From contig OZ223209.1 in NCBI GenBank assembly GCA_965140415.1, positions 3,616,001 to 3,680,000 of the forward strand: a stretch of 64,000 bases of DNA. Reading direction: 5' to 3'. Under the pieces are notes generated by a model that did no database searches, was not told where the DNA came from, and was given only the letters and a program-made list of their open reading frames with translations. This document shows, piece after piece, positions 38,421 through 48,100 of the stretch. Origin of the DNA: Myxococcota bacterium. GTDB taxonomy: Bacteria > Myxococcota_A > SURF-8. How positions within the stretch are numbered: position 1 is the first letter of the stretch; the number at the start of each line of letters is the position of its first letter. The position numbers were made by a program, and so were the translations under genes.

Positions 38421-38690
38421 GTTTTACTCCTTAACGTGACGTGGCGAGAGAACAGAATAATTGTACCACTGAACATGAGAAACGCCAGCGTTTCCTATAA
38501 TTTCCAACGATCATTTGTTCCAGAAATCGTTTTACAAGAATAAGCGCACACCTCATCCCCCGCTAAAAAAACTATAAAGAAGATTTCTCATTGATATCAT
38601 TCAAATTATCGGACATAATTTTGTCCATGAAACACTCCAAAAGTCTGTATGTTTTATGGAGATTCGATTGAATTGTTGAAAGGATCGAAG

Positions 38691-40070
38691 ATGCAACGTC
38701 CATCTCTTCTGCTTGCAATACTCATTTTGACCCTGGTTTGTTTTGCCTGCGAAAGTTCCAATACCAGCCTTATTACAGCACCAGATGGAGATTCCTTTCC
38801 TTCGGATCAGGATGAAACGGGCGATTTAGACCAAGAATCAACCACACCACCGGATGGAGATTCGCTTCCGGATGGAGACATGATTGAAGGGGATGTTCAC
38901 ATTGACGGTGACTCATCACCAGATGGAGATATGCTGATTGACGGAGATCTGCCTATCGATGGCGATATTCCCGGTGATGGAGATTCCCTATCCGATGGCG
39001 ACATCATACCAGATGGGGATTGGACTTCTGATGGAGACATCCTACCGGATGGAGATTGGGTTGCAGATGGTGATGACGAGTTGGAAATCGAGCAAGATCT
39101 GACCGATGGTGACATCCCGGAGAACACGGAGCAAGAATCGGACAGCGACATATTCCTGCTCACCGATCCAGGTATGACGGGAACGTCAGAGTGGTCAACA
39201 GGTTCCTACGACCTGGAATTAAGCGGAGGCCTATTTGGTACGACAATACCGTTATATCTGTATGTTCCAGATGAAAACGGTCCATTGCCGGTTATCGTTT
39301 TCACGCATGGTTTCCAGTTGACTCCAAGCCATTACACTCAGTACGCCGAACACCTTGCATCCTGGGGCTTCATCGTCGTTATGCCGCAAATGCCGGGAAG
39401 CCTGGTCGCTCCGAAAACTCACCGTGAATTGAAAGAATATCTACAGGCAATCCTAGATTGGATCGAACAGGACAACATGAGTCCAACCGGTAAATTGGCA
39501 GGTAAAGCCGACCTAACGCGCATTGGACTGAGTGGTCATTCTATGGGAGGGAAAATTTCGTTATTGACCAGCGCGGAAGATCCACGCCCGGCAGCTTCTT
39601 TCGTAATTGATCCGGTCGATGCAGCCGGTTCGCCATTCGCGTCGAATCCAGTGGACTATCCTTCAGTTACCCCGGAACTGATGCCACAGATTTCCATTCC
39701 TTTAGGACTATTGGGAGAAACCTTAAACGGCACATGCACCGGCTTCGGTTGCCAGCCCTGCGCCCCGGCTGAAGACAATTTCCAGCAGTATTATCAATAC
39801 GCGGTTTCCCCTGCCATCGAAATCGAGGTATTGGGTGCAAGCCACATGTCCTTTTTGGATAATCCCAACTGTGGCTTCGTCTGCTCTGTCTGTCCGGCAG
39901 GCACGGACAATACCGACACCACACACTACCTGACGCGCAAATACATGACCGCCTTCTACCTGGTTGAATTAAGGCAACAACAAGCTTATTCCGTGTACTT
40001 GACCGGCGATTATATGGCTATCGACGAAACAGCCCAGTTGGTTGCAAGCCAAACGAAGAATGGCTTCTAA
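38691..40070 (+). CDS. Lipoprotein: DGD repeat linker plus chlorophyllase/cutinase-like alpha/beta hydrolase
   Basis: Lipobox CFA-C; VIVFTHGF, HLASWGF, GHSMGG, DPVD, GASHMSF; start taken at ATG 38691. Confidence 0.85.
   Translation: MQRPSLLLAILILTLVCFACESSNTSLITAPDGDSFPSDQDETGDLDQESTTPPDGDSLPDGDMIEGDVHIDGDSSPDGDMLIDGDLPIDGDIPGDGDSLSDGDIIPDGDWTSDGDILPDGDWVADGDDELEIEQDLTDGDIPENTEQESDSDIFLLTDPGMTGTSEWSTGSYDLELSGGLFGTTIPLYLYVPDENGPLPVIVFTHGFQLTPSHYTQYAEHLASWGFIVVMPQMPGSLVAPKTHRELKEYLQAILDWIEQDNMSPTGKLAGKADLTRIGLSGHSMGGKISLLTSAEDPRPAASFVIDPVDAAGSPFASNPVDYPSVTPELMPQISIPLGLLGETLNGTCTGFGCQPCAPAEDNFQQYYQYAVSPAIEIEVLGASHMSFLDNPNCGFVCSVCPAGTDNTDTTHYLTRKYMTAFYLVELRQQQAYSVYLTGDYMAIDETAQLVASQTKNGF
38784..39113 (+). 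repeat. Degenerate 18-bp coding tandem repeat (DGD-x3)
   Basis: 14 DGD units in the translation. Confidence 0.8.
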
Positions 40071-40246
40071 TGCTTTCCTATTTTTATGATAGGTTTACTT
40101 GCCACCCATTCTAAGATGGGATATTCATTTAAGATCTTGAGCTAGGAAAGCATCCGAGTCAAACGGATCTTTCTTGCTAGTATGTCATTCCGATCAGAAC
40201 GTCAGTAACTCCTAAAGATGGCAAGGAGTAGATTAAGGAACAACAC

Positions 40247-40783
40247 ATGTCGATAATCAGTTTCGGTGAATACAACGAAGAATTAGGCTACAAAGTACTT
40301 GATGAGCGGGTGATGCGTGGCAGCGCCGGAATCATGTTGTTACTAGGCGCTATTGCTTCCATCAATGGGTTCATTTTAAAGAATTACTTTGTCATTCCAT
40401 ACTTCACAGGCTTTCTTGCATTGAATTTCCTTGTTGGAATCTTTATCAATCCTAAGTTTTCACCAACAGTGGTAATCGCAAAGTTGTTGGTCAGAAAGCA
40501 AAGTCCTTTACCTATCGGTGCGGTTCAAAAAAGGTTCGCCTGGAGCCTTGGACTGGGGCTGTCACTAGCGATTTTTTCCATGTCCTTCCCATTGTTAACC
40601 GATTCAACCTGGTTCGAACCGGTTTGCATGTTATGCCTGATTTGTCTCCTCTTTCTTTATCTTGAAAGCGCTTTCGGCATCTGCGTTGGTTGTCAGTTGT
40701 ATTTTCTGGCTATACGTTTAAAGCTGATTCAAGCGCCCACAGTCACTCCGAATTGCATGGGCAATTCCTGTGAAGTGGATTGA
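40247..40783 (+). CDS. DUF4395-like membrane protein
   Basis: DERVMR, QKRFAWSLG, LESAFGICVGC motifs. Confidence 0.8.
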   Translation: MSIISFGEYNEELGYKVLDERVMRGSAGIMLLLGAIASINGFILKNYFVIPYFTGFLALNFLVGIFINPKFSPTVVIAKLLVRKQSPLPIGAVQKRFAWSLGLGLSLAIFSMSFPLLTDSTWFEPVCMLCLICLLFLYLESAFGICVGCQLYFLAIRLKLIQAPTVTPNCMGNSCEVD

Positions 40784-40984
40784 ACAAAAAGTGCTGTTCT
40801 TTCTAAATCAATGGAAGCGACTCGACGAAAAAACAACGCCGATTAATAGCAACCTATGCGATGGAATTTTGTATAGGAAAATCAAGCCACACACAAAGTA
40901 ACTCGCGACAAGACAGACCAATCCCAATCTGCGCGCAGAAACCAGAATAATTCTATTGATCAAGGAATTCTAAAATATCTGTCT

Positions 40985-41590
40985 TTACGTGCGGCGTCGC
41001 CGAATGGATAGCCAGATCAGAAGCAAGCCACCAATGATAATGGCCCCCAGTTGCTCCCAGGAACTCTGCAACGCGATTCCCGAGCAACCAGAGCCACCTT
41101 CGATGTAAGCGGTAGGATCCGCCTGGCAACACCCTTTCATACAAAGTTGGGTATCTGTGCAGTCATTGTCTAGCAGACAGGCGATGCAGCACTCGTTGCC
41201 AACACAAGCTTCTTCCGGCTTGCAATCGATATCCAGGACGCACATTTCGCGGATGCACTCGCTCGCGGAACTGCAAATGAAATCGGCGTACTGGCAATCT
41301 GCATTGTTGTTGCAGCTTTCCGGAACACAAAAGTCTTCCCCACCGACACCGCTTTCCTTGCGACAAAACTGCCCCTGTTCGCAATCCTCAAAGGATTGAC
41401 ACAAGGTTCTTGTTATTGTGCCGGCTTCTGCCTCATTATCATCACCGTCAACCGAAACCGCATCCATTTCAGCATCCAACACATCTTCAGCATCCAACAC
41501 ATCTGCGTCTTGAGCCAGTGCCATATTCGGTAACGTGAGTATCATCCAACAACTGATCACCGTGAAAAAGGCTACTTCAACTTGCCTCAT
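40985..41590 (-). CDS. Cys-rich exported protein with MYXO-CTERM-like tail
   Basis: Signal ending ALA-Q, CxxDxDC repeats, GGSGCS...LLLIWLSIRRRRT. Confidence 0.8.
   Translation of the reverse strand: MRQVEVAFFTVISCWMILTLPNMALAQDADVLDAEDVLDAEMDAVSVDGDDNEAEAGTITRTLCQSFEDCEQGQFCRKESGVGGEDFCVPESCNNNADCQYADFICSSASECIREMCVLDIDCKPEEACVGNECCIACLLDNDCTDTQLCMKGCCQADPTAYIEGGSGCSGIALQSSWEQLGAIIIGGLLLIWLSIRRRRT
41468..41503 (-). repeat. Exact 18-bp tandem duplication (encodes DVLDAE twice)
   Basis: TTCAGCATCCAACACATC twice on the + strand. Confidence 0.85.
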
Positions 41591-41888
41591 TCTGAATTAC
41601 TCCTGAAATTTACGTAAGGGACAAAACGATGGCCAACCATACCCGAGGTTCAAGCAGGATGTCAAGCGCTTTAGTGACAACGGTTTGGCATGACTAACAT
41701 TCAGCAACATTATACATCAAGGCAATAACAATATCTCACCATTTTTGCTTTGATGGCAAGTTGCATCTGTTCTCACAAGGTCTCATCGCTATCCCCGTAC
41801 AAGTCCGTGGTATTCTTCAAGGACCGTATAAATGCAGCAGCAATAGCCCAGCCACTGAATCCCTGCATGCGTTCTGTCACGGCCTTCA

Positions 41889-42581
41889 TCAGGCTTCTTC
41901 CTGTACAACAGGTGAGTCTTTATGCCATATCACAGACCAGGAGCGGGACTCCGCAACACGCTGGAGAATCGGAGTCGGCTCTACCGCCACGGGATGCCCG
42001 ACCCGTTCCAAAATCGACAGATCGGAATGATGATCACCATACGCATAACTTGCAGACAAATCCAAACCCTCTTGCTTCGCGAGCTCAAGGGCGTAATCTC
42101 CTTTGTGGACACCGATGCAGGGAGGCCCCTGACTGCGCCCCGTTAACAGACCGTCTGAACCCATTTCCAATTCCGTGCATAACAGGTGATCAAACGCTAG
42201 ATCATTCATGACGGGAAGAAGGATATATCGCGGCGAAGCAGACAGAATCACCAGTCGATGTCCCTGCTCTCTGTGCCACTCTACCTTTTGCATGACCGGT
42301 GGAGAAAGCATCGGCTGAATAAGCAATTTGTAATAAGAATCGATGTTAGCTTCGAATTCGGACAACGGGCGATTGCGGTAAACCTGTAGCACAACCTCCG
42401 CCATACGGTCGGAAGAAATCAAGTTGTGCTTAAAGAGCTTGTTCAACAAACCTGTTTTCAATAGGAAAGGAACAGAGATCTCACCACGAGCCCACAAAAA
42501 TTTCAGGCCAACCTCTGCACCGTCCTTTATCAATAATGTATTATCGAAATCGAAAAAGGCGGCGATGTTGCTTGCCCCCAT
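41889..42581 (-). CDS. HAD-IB family hydrolase
   Basis: FFDFDNTL, ILSAS, K, AYGDHHSD, VGHPVAV. Confidence 0.9.
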   Translation of the reverse strand: MGASNIAAFFDFDNTLLIKDGAEVGLKFLWARGEISVPFLLKTGLLNKLFKHNLISSDRMAEVVLQVYRNRPLSEFEANIDSYYKLLIQPMLSPPVMQKVEWHREQGHRLVILSASPRYILLPVMNDLAFDHLLCTELEMGSDGLLTGRSQGPPCIGVHKGDYALELAKQEGLDLSASYAYGDHHSDLSILERVGHPVAVEPTPILQRVAESRSWSVIWHKDSPVVQEEA

Positions 42582-42616
42582 AAATACCTCCGATTGGCTG
42601 TCGGGATTCTGTCAAA

Positions 42617-43402
42617 TCAGGCTTGCTTGCTGACCTGTTTATTCAAACTTGCAAGCCGTTCGGAAAGATTCTTGGCGATATCCACCAATGCAGTGGGATT
42701 GCTTCTCGCCAAGCCCTGGAAATCCTCTCCGGCAAATGCCATGACTTCACACACCGTCTGGGCTCGCACTGTTGCTGTACGCGACTGGCCGGTCAGACGA
42801 CTCATTTCACCGAAAATCTCGCTCTCACCGATCTCACCCACTTTCCGACCTGCGACAATCACATCCGCACGACCGGAGATCATCGAATAAACGTCCGTAT
42901 CCGTATCTCCTTCACGAATGATATCGGCACCTTCTGTGTAGGTCATCACCTGGAAATTAGGTCTGTGCAAGCTAGCCATGCTGGCTTCGATCACCAGTTG
43001 ATACAAAGCATTTTGTACCGCGAAATATTCCATCAGTAGAAGGAATCGATTACTGTCTTTTCGAATTTTCTTAAAGCTTTTGTCCCGATCGAAAATATCC
43101 GCTCTCACTGCAAATTCTAACGGACAGGAAATAATACTGGCATTCACACAGTTTTCCAGGCCAATCAATTCCTCTGGTTCATAGTAGAAAAGCGGATGAT
43201 CTCCCAGCTGCGCGGTAACGTTTCCGTCGGTCAGCCGGTAGAAACGGTTATCTGCGGCTTCCGGTCCTGCCAACAGCACATCTTTTTCAATCAATGCATT
43301 CTCATCAAGAGGCTTCAATCCATCCACAAGATCACTTACCAGATCTTTCAGTCGCTTGTTCAACGAATCGAAGCGCTCATCAACATTGACATTGGTATAC
43401 AT
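42617..43402 (-). CDS. Cyclic nucleotide-binding protein (degenerate plus intact CNB domains)
   Basis: IIREGD...GEIGESEIFGEMSRLTGQSRTATVRA; N-terminal FYRLTDGNV...EELIG; SD AGGAGG before ATG 43402. Confidence 0.85.
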   Translation of the reverse strand: MYTNVNVDERFDSLNKRLKDLVSDLVDGLKPLDENALIEKDVLLAGPEAADNRFYRLTDGNVTAQLGDHPLFYYEPEELIGLENCVNASIISCPLEFAVRADIFDRDKSFKKIRKDSNRFLLLMEYFAVQNALYQLVIEASMASLHRPNFQVMTYTEGADIIREGDTDTDVYSMISGRADVIVAGRKVGEIGESEIFGEMSRLTGQSRTATVRAQTVCEVMAFAGEDFQGLARSNPTALVDIAKNLSERLASLNKQVSKQA

Positions 43403-43532
43403 CCGGCCCCTCCTCTTGTGCAGACTCATATCAATCCGCACAGCCCCAATTTAACCGTTCGGCCACTATGGCATCATACCGCACCACATCAATGCCGTCA
43501 AAAAGAGAGAAACAATTAAATTGCTGTTTTGT

Positions 43533-44723
43533 CTATTTGTGGATTACTGGGCGAGTTGCACCCTTTTCGAATAACCAGGGGAAAACCCGTTCACGCACCG
43601 AGGTCAACTGAGCTCGCTTGTATTCGGTATGGCTGGCACGACCTCGTCGGCTTTCGATGTAAGAGTTTTTATCAAGAATCTGGATTTCGTAAGGGAAGTA
43701 GAATTTGAACTCCATTACGCCTTTGTCTTCCATCAATTTTGTAATCGGAAGATTCTGCCCCCCTCGAATACGCACTAATTGACGACAAGTCACCTGAATC
43801 GAACTGTATTCGGTGGAAGAATACACATTCCGCTCGTGCAAAGCTTCCGGGTTGATTTTTGGCCGGCAATTCTCTGATTCGATCAATTCGACAACCTGTT
43901 TCTCCAACTGGCGCGCATCGATTTCCTCATCCCCCAGTTTCGCTCTCATGGCATCCAGACCGGCATGATACTGTCCGATATCCAACAATGTATTACGCGA
44001 GCGAGAGGCTTTGATATTCGGGAAAGCGAACACATTCTGAGATAAATAATTCAATACGGCGAGCGCCTCGAACTTGGTAAAGGTTACAAAGCGAAATCCG
44101 ATGCGATCGAAGATATCAGCTCCGGTGTTCTCTGCCTTATGCAGCAGCTTCAGGACCAGGCTCTCATAGCTTTTTTGCGTTTTGATATCCAGCATATACA
44201 ATCGGATGCCCGTCTCATCCTGTCCAAGATAAACGTCCCCAGCCGGATCCGTGTAAACATGATTGAGCACGGTATCCAAAATCTGTTTCTGAATGGCAGG
44301 AAAGAAATGAACGGACAGATCGTTATTGACGTGCGTCAGGGTGTGCATGACTCGTAGTAATGAACAGGCCCAGCGCCCTGTCATACTCTCGTCAGTCGCA
44401 GCCCAAACCATCAGGTTGCGGATATCTTCCTCGTATTTGACCGTTTCGGAAATTTCCAGCCGTTTGCGCGGATCATAAGGATCGGCCAGCAGTTGATGCT
44501 CCATAAAGTGCAGCGCATCCTGCCTCAACTTCTGTAGCTCCGCCCATTGCGTTTCATTGTTGGGATCATAACCATAATTTACAATGAATTCATGGGCTTT
44601 CTGAACAGTGGTTGTTCTCAGAATCGGCATATCAATGGCGGAATCCATGCCTAAAACGACATTGGCGGTTTCCCAATCCACGTAATATCCGTTGAAAACG
44701 TTGCGTAAGCTCATAATCACCAT
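43533..44723 (-). CDS. TIGR04552-like protein with RelA/SpoT synthetase-like motifs
   Basis: KSYESLVLKLLHK, DIFDRIGFRFV, EYSSIQVT, PYEIQI, ASHTEYK. Confidence 0.8.
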   Translation of the reverse strand: MVIMSLRNVFNGYYVDWETANVVLGMDSAIDMPILRTTTVQKAHEFIVNYGYDPNNETQWAELQKLRQDALHFMEHQLLADPYDPRKRLEISETVKYEEDIRNLMVWAATDESMTGRWACSLLRVMHTLTHVNNDLSVHFFPAIQKQILDTVLNHVYTDPAGDVYLGQDETGIRLYMLDIKTQKSYESLVLKLLHKAENTGADIFDRIGFRFVTFTKFEALAVLNYLSQNVFAFPNIKASRSRNTLLDIGQYHAGLDAMRAKLGDEEIDARQLEKQVVELIESENCRPKINPEALHERNVYSSTEYSSIQVTCRQLVRIRGGQNLPITKLMEDKGVMEFKFYFPYEIQILDKNSYIESRRGRASHTEYKRAQLTSVRERVFPWLFEKGATRPVIHK

Positions 44724-45158
44724 TCTACGTGCTGGTCATGACGGGGGGTTTTGTGCCATACAGAACCTGTTTTTGCAAGTCCTTTTTTCCTGCCGCTTTT
44801 GTTCCTATCAGATCGTGCTTCCTCAGACTCCCAACAAACTCATTTCCATGTACTCCAACCAAACTCGAAACTGTTCGATGAAAAGGCTATTCTATACCTT
44901 GCCTGTATGTTAGACTTATGTTTGAGAACATCAAGTTGATCTTCAATGATACTCTTCACGCTCGCTTTCATTCTTCCTCCACAGTGCAACGCGATAGGCA
45001 ACTCGTTTTTTACACTTCAGTAAACAAAAACTTGCCCTGGAGATATAGGAGTGCGACTATTACAAACGTTATAGGACATCTAAACTGATGGGCGTTTTTC
45101 GAGATAAATCTCGGGAGAAAGTTGTTCGATAAATACTAGGGAAAGGATTCGGGGTCGG

Positions 45159-48100
45159 ATGGTTCGAAAAGTCAGTATTTCAAGCAGTTTTTTTATTGGG
45201 GGATCTTCCATCGTCTTCCTCTCGCTGCTCGTCTTCGGTGCAAGTTGGATCTGGAAGGAATACAGCGTTTTCAGTGAAGAATCCGTCCAGATGCGTGAAC
45301 AGTATCTGGAATCAAACAAACAATTGGTAAAAAACGAAACCCAACAAATTATCGATCTGATCGACCGCTTACGTTCAAAAGTTGAACAGCGTCTTAAATA
45401 TACAATAAAATCTAGAGTCTACGAAGCAGATGCTATTGCCAACCAACTCTATACTGTCCACGGGAAAAACCACTCTCGCAAAGAAATCGAAAGGTTGATT
45501 ATCGACGCATTGCGTCCCATTCGATACAACGGAGGTAGAGGGTACTATTTCATTACAGCTTTAGACGGTACGGAAAAACTATTCCCAATTCGACCTGAGT
45601 TGGAAGGCACTTCCATGTTGACGACCCAGGATACACAAGGCCGCTACGTCGTACCGGACATGATAGAAATCGCAACTGCTGTAGGCGAAGGATTTTACCG
45701 ATACACTTGGACCAAGCCGGGGCACAAATCCAATTTCTTTCCAAAAATTGCCTTTGTTAAACGTTTCAGCCCACTAAACTGGTTGATCGGAACTGGAGAG
45801 TATCTAGATGATGTCGATCAGGACATTCAGCGAGAGACCCTGGAACATATCCAAGCCACCACCTTTGGTTCAAAAGGTCGGCTTTTCGTTTGCCAATTCG
45901 ACGGTCCCTGCTTGAGCGGTTCACTCAAGGATGAATATGTAAAGCAATACAAGGATGCCAAAGGAGAATTCTTTTTAAATGAATTACAAACGGTTGCGAC
46001 TTCCGGCGGCGGTTTTCTACTACACACACCACTTAAAAATGAAACGACCTCCCTTCACTCCGAGCTTTTCTACGCGGCTGCAGTCGATGATTGGAAATGG
46101 ATTGTGGGGGCTGAAATCCCCATCGATCAGATAGAAACCATTATCGCAGATCGAAAAGCAGCGATGTCAAATCGCCTGCGATGGCAAATGGCTCAGATTC
46201 TCCTCCTGTTTCTGCTGATTCTGACACTTGCCCTGATTGGCGGTGCCATTCTGGCCAGAATGATGCGGAACGAATTTGCTCTCATCGGTAATTTTTTCCA
46301 ACATGCAGCCCATGCCGATACTCCCACACAAATCGCCACTGATCGATTACACGTGCAGGAGTTGGAGATGATTGCCCAGTCGGCCAACAGCATGATCCAG
46401 CAACGAGAAGCTGCCACAATGGAGCGCAATCGCCTATCGTCCATTTTGGAAGCTACCAGCGATTATATCTCCATGTCCTCCCTGGACCAGGAAATCACAT
46501 ATATGAACTCAGCATTTCGAACCTTTACCGGTCTATCGGAAACGAATGAGTTGTCCAGAATCCTGATTCAAAACCTTCATCCGCCAGAGGCATTTAAAAC
46601 GATTCGTGATGTTGGTATCCCACATGCAATCCAAAACTCAACCTTCAAACATGAAACCTATTTACTTGCACCTGATCATTCTATGGTACCGGTTTCTCAG
46701 GTCATCATTGCACACCGAAAATCAGATGGTTCCCCGGATTATTTATCCACGATCATTCGTGACATTTCCGAAAAGAAAGAAACAGAAGAGGCTCTTCGAG
46801 CCAGCGAGGAACGCTATCGCACGATTTTCATGAAGTCCGCAGATGCAACAGTCATTATGGACGAACAATTTTTCTTGGATTGCAATGACGCATGTATAGA
46901 ATTGTTCGGGTACCAAACCAAAGAACAAATTATCAATCTCCCCCCCTCCCACCATTCACCGGAATTTCAAGCGAGTGGCGTTTCCTCAGAAGTCGAAGCA
47001 AAGCATCGAATCGAAGAAGCAATTGAAAACGGTAAGAATCTGTTTGACTGGATCCATCGAAAAGCGAACGGCAATAACTTCTATGCCCAGGTCACTCTTA
47101 CACCATTCCGTTTTCGTGACAAGCAAATGCTGCAAGCCGTCATTCGAGATGTAACAGCATTGAAAAAAGCTCAAGAAGAAATTCTACGTGAGCAAGATAT
47201 AAACAAGTTATTGATTCAAGCATCTCCTGCATTCATCGTGTCCATAGACCAGCAAGGACGCACCATCTCCATGAATGATGCCATGCTTTCTGCATTGGGA
47301 TATGAAGCGGAAGAAGTAATTGGAAAAGATTATCTGACCACATTCGTGCCACCGGAAGATCGAAAGATGCTCGGAAATTTATTTCAAAGCTTACTTACAA
47401 ATAGCACTTCCTCCTTGAATGAGAATGAAGTTGTGTCCAAATCAGGAGAACGACTTTTGGTAGAGTGGCATGGTAAAACCATCCGCGACATTGATAAAAA
47501 AGTTGAGTTTTTCTTCGGCTTTGGAATCGATATAACTGAACGAAAAAAAGTCGAACTCGAGCTGCAAAACAGCCGGAAATGGTTGGCGACAACTCTTTCC
47601 AGTGTTGGAGAAGCCATTATCACCACAGACGTTCATGGAAAAATAACTTTCATCAATCCGATAGCAGAAAAGTTGTTTGACTATGCTTCTGAACATGGAA
47701 ACGAGTATTTGTTGAATGATATTTTCCAGCTTATAGACGAACAAACTCGAACACCGATTCAAAATCCACTAGAAGAGATCCTTACTACCCAAACCATAGT
47801 GTCTTCCTCCAACCAAACCCTGTTATTCTGCGATAATGGCAAAGAATATCCCGTTACTTACAGTGCAGCTCCAATCGTTGACTCGGACGATGTTATTCTT
47901 GGAATGGTGTTGGTTATGCACGACATGACTGAGCATCGGGAAAACGAAGCCAAGCTTCGGCAAAGCCAGAAGTTGGAATCACTTGGAACCCTATCAAGCG
48001 GAATCGCACACGAAATAAACAACCCAATCGGCATTATTCGCAATTTCGCCGAATTGATAAAAGACGAGAACTGCCCAGGGGAGGAACGCCTTGAATTCAG

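Noticed and set aside
37904-39113. Periodic repeats as a CRISPR array
   Set aside because: Degenerate in-frame 18-bp coding units with no spacers and no cas genes.
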